A DNA stretch of 64,000 nt from Macrostomum lignano (lineage: Eukaryota). This document shows positions 59,513 to 64,000 of this stretch, one piece after another; positions within the stretch are counted from its first letter, which is position 1, and the number at the start of each line of letters is the position of its first letter. Location: assembly GCA_002269645.1 (NCBI GenBank), contig NIVC01002047.1:53941-117940 (forward strand), read 5' to 3'. A program made the translations under genes and the position numbers. Below the pieces are notes generated by a model, which was given only the letters and a program-made list of their open reading frames with translations, was not told the origin of the DNA and made no database searches.

Positions 59513-60177
59513 GATAGCGAAGTAACTATTCAAAAGTTTTTTTGGGCCGCAAAACTGTAAAAATTTGCTCAGATTTCGCTAAAACAACAATTAAAAAACA
59601 ATTAAATAATATAAGTACGATTTATTAACGAAATTTACTTGGTAAAACAAAAAACAAAATTTTGTTTTGACCATTTTTTGCTACAAAATAAAAACACTAT
59701 AAATCTGTGCAATTTCAGATTTCAGTGGCTTAGAAAGATAAGTTGTACCAAACAATGTAAAAAGCTTTTTCTGCTTATAGTATTTGACTTTACAAAAATC
59801 TAAGAAATCGTAACGTGAGCAACAAACTAAAAACGGCTAGAGGTGATTGATAAGGGCTCAAGCTTGAGCTATAATACTTCTATGCACATTGTATTTCTGA
59901 TTAAGCTTTGAAGAGGAAGGATAATTAGTCGACGAGTTAAATAATTCAGTGAAATGATAGACGTGTAGCTATAATCTACTCAGATTTTTTCGTTTTTCCT
60001 GATCTCGGTTTTAGTTTTTTAGTCAAATTTATTACTTTTAGCAGATTTTTCCTCACTGTCGACTGTCCTTTATGTACACAACATTTTAACTTAGCCAAGG
60101 TTTTAGCGGTTCGCTGTGCCGCAGGAAGGAAACAATTTCTGTGTATTATCTATGTAAAGAACTAACACCAGCGTTAT

Positions 60178-60631
60178 GGTACAGGACCAAGACTGCCACA
60201 CACCAAGACCGCCACAGCTCTTACTGGCTACTGGAATTTAGGGGGAGCTACCAATCTTCCAGCATTGCTATTGGTTGTGATGGGTTATGAAGTTAGATGA
60301 GGTCAAGGAGGAAGCATCCCAAGATTGGTCACTAATAAGACAAATAAGTGGTCCAAAATGATGGCAAGACAACAAGGACAATTTTAACAATATCTTATAG
60401 TTCCTTTACAATTCAAATTGAATGAAAAAACAAGGAGCCTGGCTCACTCACCCACCCAGCCTGCTCACTGGTTCCTCTTTTGCGGCCTTGTCCTGCTGGC
60501 TCTCCCTATCTTACCCCTCCTCAGCACTAGGCCTATCCAATAACATGGCAAGCCAAATTCTGCCCCCCCCCCTAGCTCCCCCAACACCCAAGTGTGGCAG
60601 TCTTGGTGTGTGGCGGTCTTGGTCTTACACC
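60178..60631. mobile_element. Merlin-like MITE (454 bp)
   Basis: ~38-bp TIR GGT(G)TAAGACCAAGAC(C/T)GCCACACACCAAGAC(C/T)GCCAC with an internal tandem repeat. 8-bp TSD AGCGTTAT/AGCATTAT (1 mismatch). Superfamily inferred from GG ends plus 8-bp TSD. Confidence 0.72.
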
Positions 60632-61196
60632 AGCATTATAAATAATCAATTAATTGTAGGCCTACGTCTAAACTCCAAAATAACTATTTTTTCAGGGTCC
60701 AGAATAAAGGGCCAAATATTTGTATTATTATTAGGCATAGCTTTTTGATAATTTTGGACTTGTAGTAGGGCCTATAATGTCAATGATTTTGCAAATGCTT
60801 AGGGCGTAGGGCCTAATATCCTATTAGTATTATAATAATAAGTTGTCCTATTCTGTACTCTGTAGTCCATTACCATGGTCAGGAAGGTGCACCATGTGCA
60901 CCACAACAAATCCCCAGTAAAATTTTTAACTGTGCAGCGTGCGCCAAGTAAAAAAGTGCATGTGTGCCTGAAAAAGAAATGTGCACCTTGTATTAGGCAA
61001 CTTTGTAATATAAAACTTGAAAAAAAATGAAAGAAAGTCTTAATTTTTGAATCTTATTTTGAAATTTAAGTTTTATGCATTTATTTATTTTTTATTTAAC
61101 ATTAACGAAATAATGATGTTTATTAAACTTTAATTTTTTCAAAACAAATATATAATTTGTAAATTCCAAAAAAACTTTTTTGTATTATTTGAATTT

Positions 61197-61577
61197 GAGC
61201 CTCTTCATGGCAATCAGTTCTAGAACCAGAATAAATTCGAGTTCTAGAACCAGAACCAGTGTGAAATGAGGAGCTTCAAACCCATGTTATGTTTGACAGT
61301 CTTTACAATTTAATTTTGTTGTTTTTTGAATTTGTTTTTTTTTGGATATGACAAAAAAAGAATAATTATATAACAATAATAAAAAAATTGACGATTTCAA
61401 ATATATTTTACTGTTAAAGTGTAAACATGACAACGGTTTGAGAAAATTTCTCGAACCATATTCTAGAACCAGAACCATGTTCCAGAACTGATTTTATTTT
61501 TCGAACCATTGATATGAAGAGCGTCAAACTGGTTCGGAACCGGTTCCATTTTTCGAACTGGCAATATGAAGAGGCTC
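61197..61577. mobile_element. 381-bp MITE (Harbinger- or MULE-like)
   Basis: TIR GAGCCTCTTCAT, internal AGAACCAG/TTCTAGAACC repeats. Flanks TTTGAATTT / TTTGAATTG, so the TSD is either 3-bp TTT or 9 bp with 1 mismatch. Confidence 0.65.
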
Positions 61578-62066
61578 TTTGAATTGAATTGAATATTTAA
61601 AAAATGAGCAAGTATACATTTATATGTCACACTTTACATATGGATATGAACTAAGAAGATTTTACTATAGACTTTATGCTGAGTGTGGCTTACCATGTGC
61701 CATGTGCACCAGAAAATTCCTTGTATATACCACAAATTTGCGCAAAATCTACTAGGCCTACTTGTATAACAAAGCTTTTTACAATAGTTTTAAGGAAATA
61801 TTTATTTGTTTTTATAATCATTCACAACTTTCATAAATAACAAAATTAAGGCATATGACCATATTATTATGCTTTTGTATTTTTATTATGTTTATAGCAA
61901 GGCAAAATTAGGCCCCAATAAGGCCAGCTTTACAAAACTATATTCTCCATTTGATATTTTTTAGAATAAAGATCAAAATCAGAATTCAGCCAATCAGTTT
62001 TGTCTCTAGCATTCTTATAATGCATTTCAGGTCAAAAGAGCTGCTTGACCTTTCCAAAAAGTATGT

Positions 62067-62190
62067 TTTTGGAATATTTAATCCCTTTAACATTGAGCAA
62101 TTTCTTAGCTAAGATGCATGTACCATCCCAGGAAAATTTCTAATCGAATGGTGCATGTTTGAAGAAAATTGGTTGAGCTTTTTTTTCTGA
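62067..62190 (-). mobile_element. Fragment of the same Helitron-like family as 11205-11402
   Basis: The reverse complement aligns with 11280-11400 (GCTCAACC..TGCACCATTCGAT.AGAAATTT..GCTAAGAAATTGCT.AATG.TAAAGGGATTAAATATTC), about 80% by eye. Confidence 0.75.
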
Positions 62191-63254
62191 AATCAATTGC
62201 ATAGCTACATAGCTCAAGTTAAGTGAAGGTTCCTATAGGTACATAGTTTTGATTTTTTTAGTATATTGGATTCTAGGCATCATTCTAGGTATAATTTGGC
62301 ATGAAGTATCACAGAGCCATTGTTTTCTTTAGTATAATTTGGTATAAAACCTTAGGCCATTTTTCTACTTGGTATAATTTGGCATAAAATGAAGTGCATG
62401 CCAAATGCCTTATATTGTATAGCCAGCATGATCTAGACTATGGGGCCTATTGGAGGTTTCAACAAAAATATAATAATATAATAGGACAATGTTAAAAACA
62501 ATATTTTTTATAAATTCGCCTATATATATTCTTGCTTTGCCTTAGGCCTAGCTAGGCCTATATTTATTGCTATAACTAAGCATATATAACCTAGAAAGCT
62601 CTAGAAAGCAAATATTGCTATAGAAACAAAATGAAACTTGAAAAAATACTATGTTCATTATAATTTAGATTGGTATAATAATATAGTTGAATATATAAAT
62701 TCTCAAAGATATCAGATATATGCTGAATAAAAATATTTTCAGAAAATTATATATTTGGGGCCTAGTATATGCAAAATATTTTGCAGAAATGTTTACTATA
62801 TGAAAAGTTACAAAAACAATAAGCAAATTGAAAAAACATGTCACTTATTGCCTGAAGTTTATACTATTATAATATAAGAAGTATTAAACATTTTATATTA
62901 AATAGCATTTTGATATTTTGAACAACTTTTAACAAACAAATTTTTTTAACAGTAATGGTAATAGTATGCCATACTTATTTTTATATAATGTGTTATATTT
63001 ATGATTTGAAAATTAAATTTGTTTTTCTATGCTTGTTTTTTCTAAATTAAAGCTCCAAATGGTGAAATACTTCATTTAAGATCTAGAATACCAATTAGTA
63101 TTAGTCAGAAAATACAAAAATTCAAAATATAATATACCACTATGACTAATATCTCTATCTTACCTTTTATAATGCTAAGTCTCTTTGACCTAAAAAGGTG
63201 TAAGAGTCTATAGACTTTATGTTATTTGCATTTATTATGAGCATAGATTAGCCC

Positions 63255-64000
63255 TGAGCGCGCCGAGTCCAGCTGCCGCTCCAACGTAGCCGTCAGCGTC
63301 CACGTCTCGGCGTTGTAGAGCAGGACGTTTCGAACACCGCCTGCCACAGCCGAGCCCTCTGGCGGTCGGCAGCGCTTCGGAATGGAGGATGGCCCTGATT
63401 GAACGGAAGGCCGCGCAGGCAAGTCCTCAGCGCCGCCGGAAGTCCTCGTCCACGTGAGGCACCAGAACGCCGAGGTAGGTGAACCGCTCGCAGCGTGCGA
63501 GCCTGGTCGTCTGCCTGTCTGCGCTGCGGCACGTCAGGTCCGCTGGGATGTCGGCCGGCACAGTCAGCACCTCCGTCTTCAGCGTGTTGACAATCAGACC
63601 GTTGCTCGATGCGACTTCGACCAACCTGTCGATCTGGCGCTGGGCGCCTTCAACGGACGAGGACAGGAGGGCGAGGTCGTCGTCGTAGCCAAGCACGCTC
63701 ATGCGCAGCAGGGAGCCGTCGTCAGCCGAGGGGAGTGCGGTCCGAAGCACCCAGTCCAGGAGCAGCACAAAGAGAAACGGCGGCAGCGTGTCGCTGTCGC
63801 CCTGCAGAACTCCTGATGAAGTATCGAACAGGTCAGACAGGCCGTCCGCCGTCACCACAGCAGCTCGAGTATCGCAGTACAGCGCCATGACAGCGTCGAT
63901 TAGCTGCTGCGGGACTCGGTAGGCTCGAAGGACGAAGGAAAGAGCGGATCTCAACTCCGAGTCAAACGCCTTTCGAAAGTCAACGAAGACAATGATCAGC
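63255..64000 (-). mobile_element. RTE-like LINE reverse transcriptase fragment, decayed, running off the window
   Basis: LIIVFVDFRKAFDS, GVLQGD(SD)TLPPFLFVLLLDWVLR, LGYDDDLALL (YADD altered to YDDD), NTLKTEVL, FTYLG, VLLYNAETWTL. In-frame stop at 63427 and 3' truncation near 63255. Confidence 0.92.

Overview
Eukaryotic (animal) genomic DNA with GT-AG introns, not prokaryotic. The GC-rich exons, minisatellite-filled introns and RTE-type LINE fragments resemble the flatworm Macrostomum, but that is inference only. By hand-splicing I recover five apparently intact protein-coding genes: (1) an intronless M28B/GCPII-like type II membrane peptidase (4422-6776, -); (2) a 2-exon class A peptide-type GPCR (8896-10998, +); (3) a 14-exon TDP1 (15807-32460, -); (4) a 7-exon divergent NKRF-like dsRBD/R3H-type protein (34709-42180, -); (5) a 10-exon PLXDC-like protein (50735-59512, -). 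Most long ORFs in the supplied track are artefacts of tandem repeats. Introns are dominated by distinct mini- and microsatellites, several apparently grown out of splice-site sequence. The AT-rich blocks upstream of genes hold nested MITEs (hAT, Harbinger-like, Merlin-like) and decayed transposase or LINE fragments. Two copies of a tRNA-headed SINE lie in introns. An orphan 63-bp piece of 28S rDNA is altered exactly at the R2/I-PpoI target site. No database searches were run; family assignments rest on recalled motifs, and repeat boundaries are approximate.
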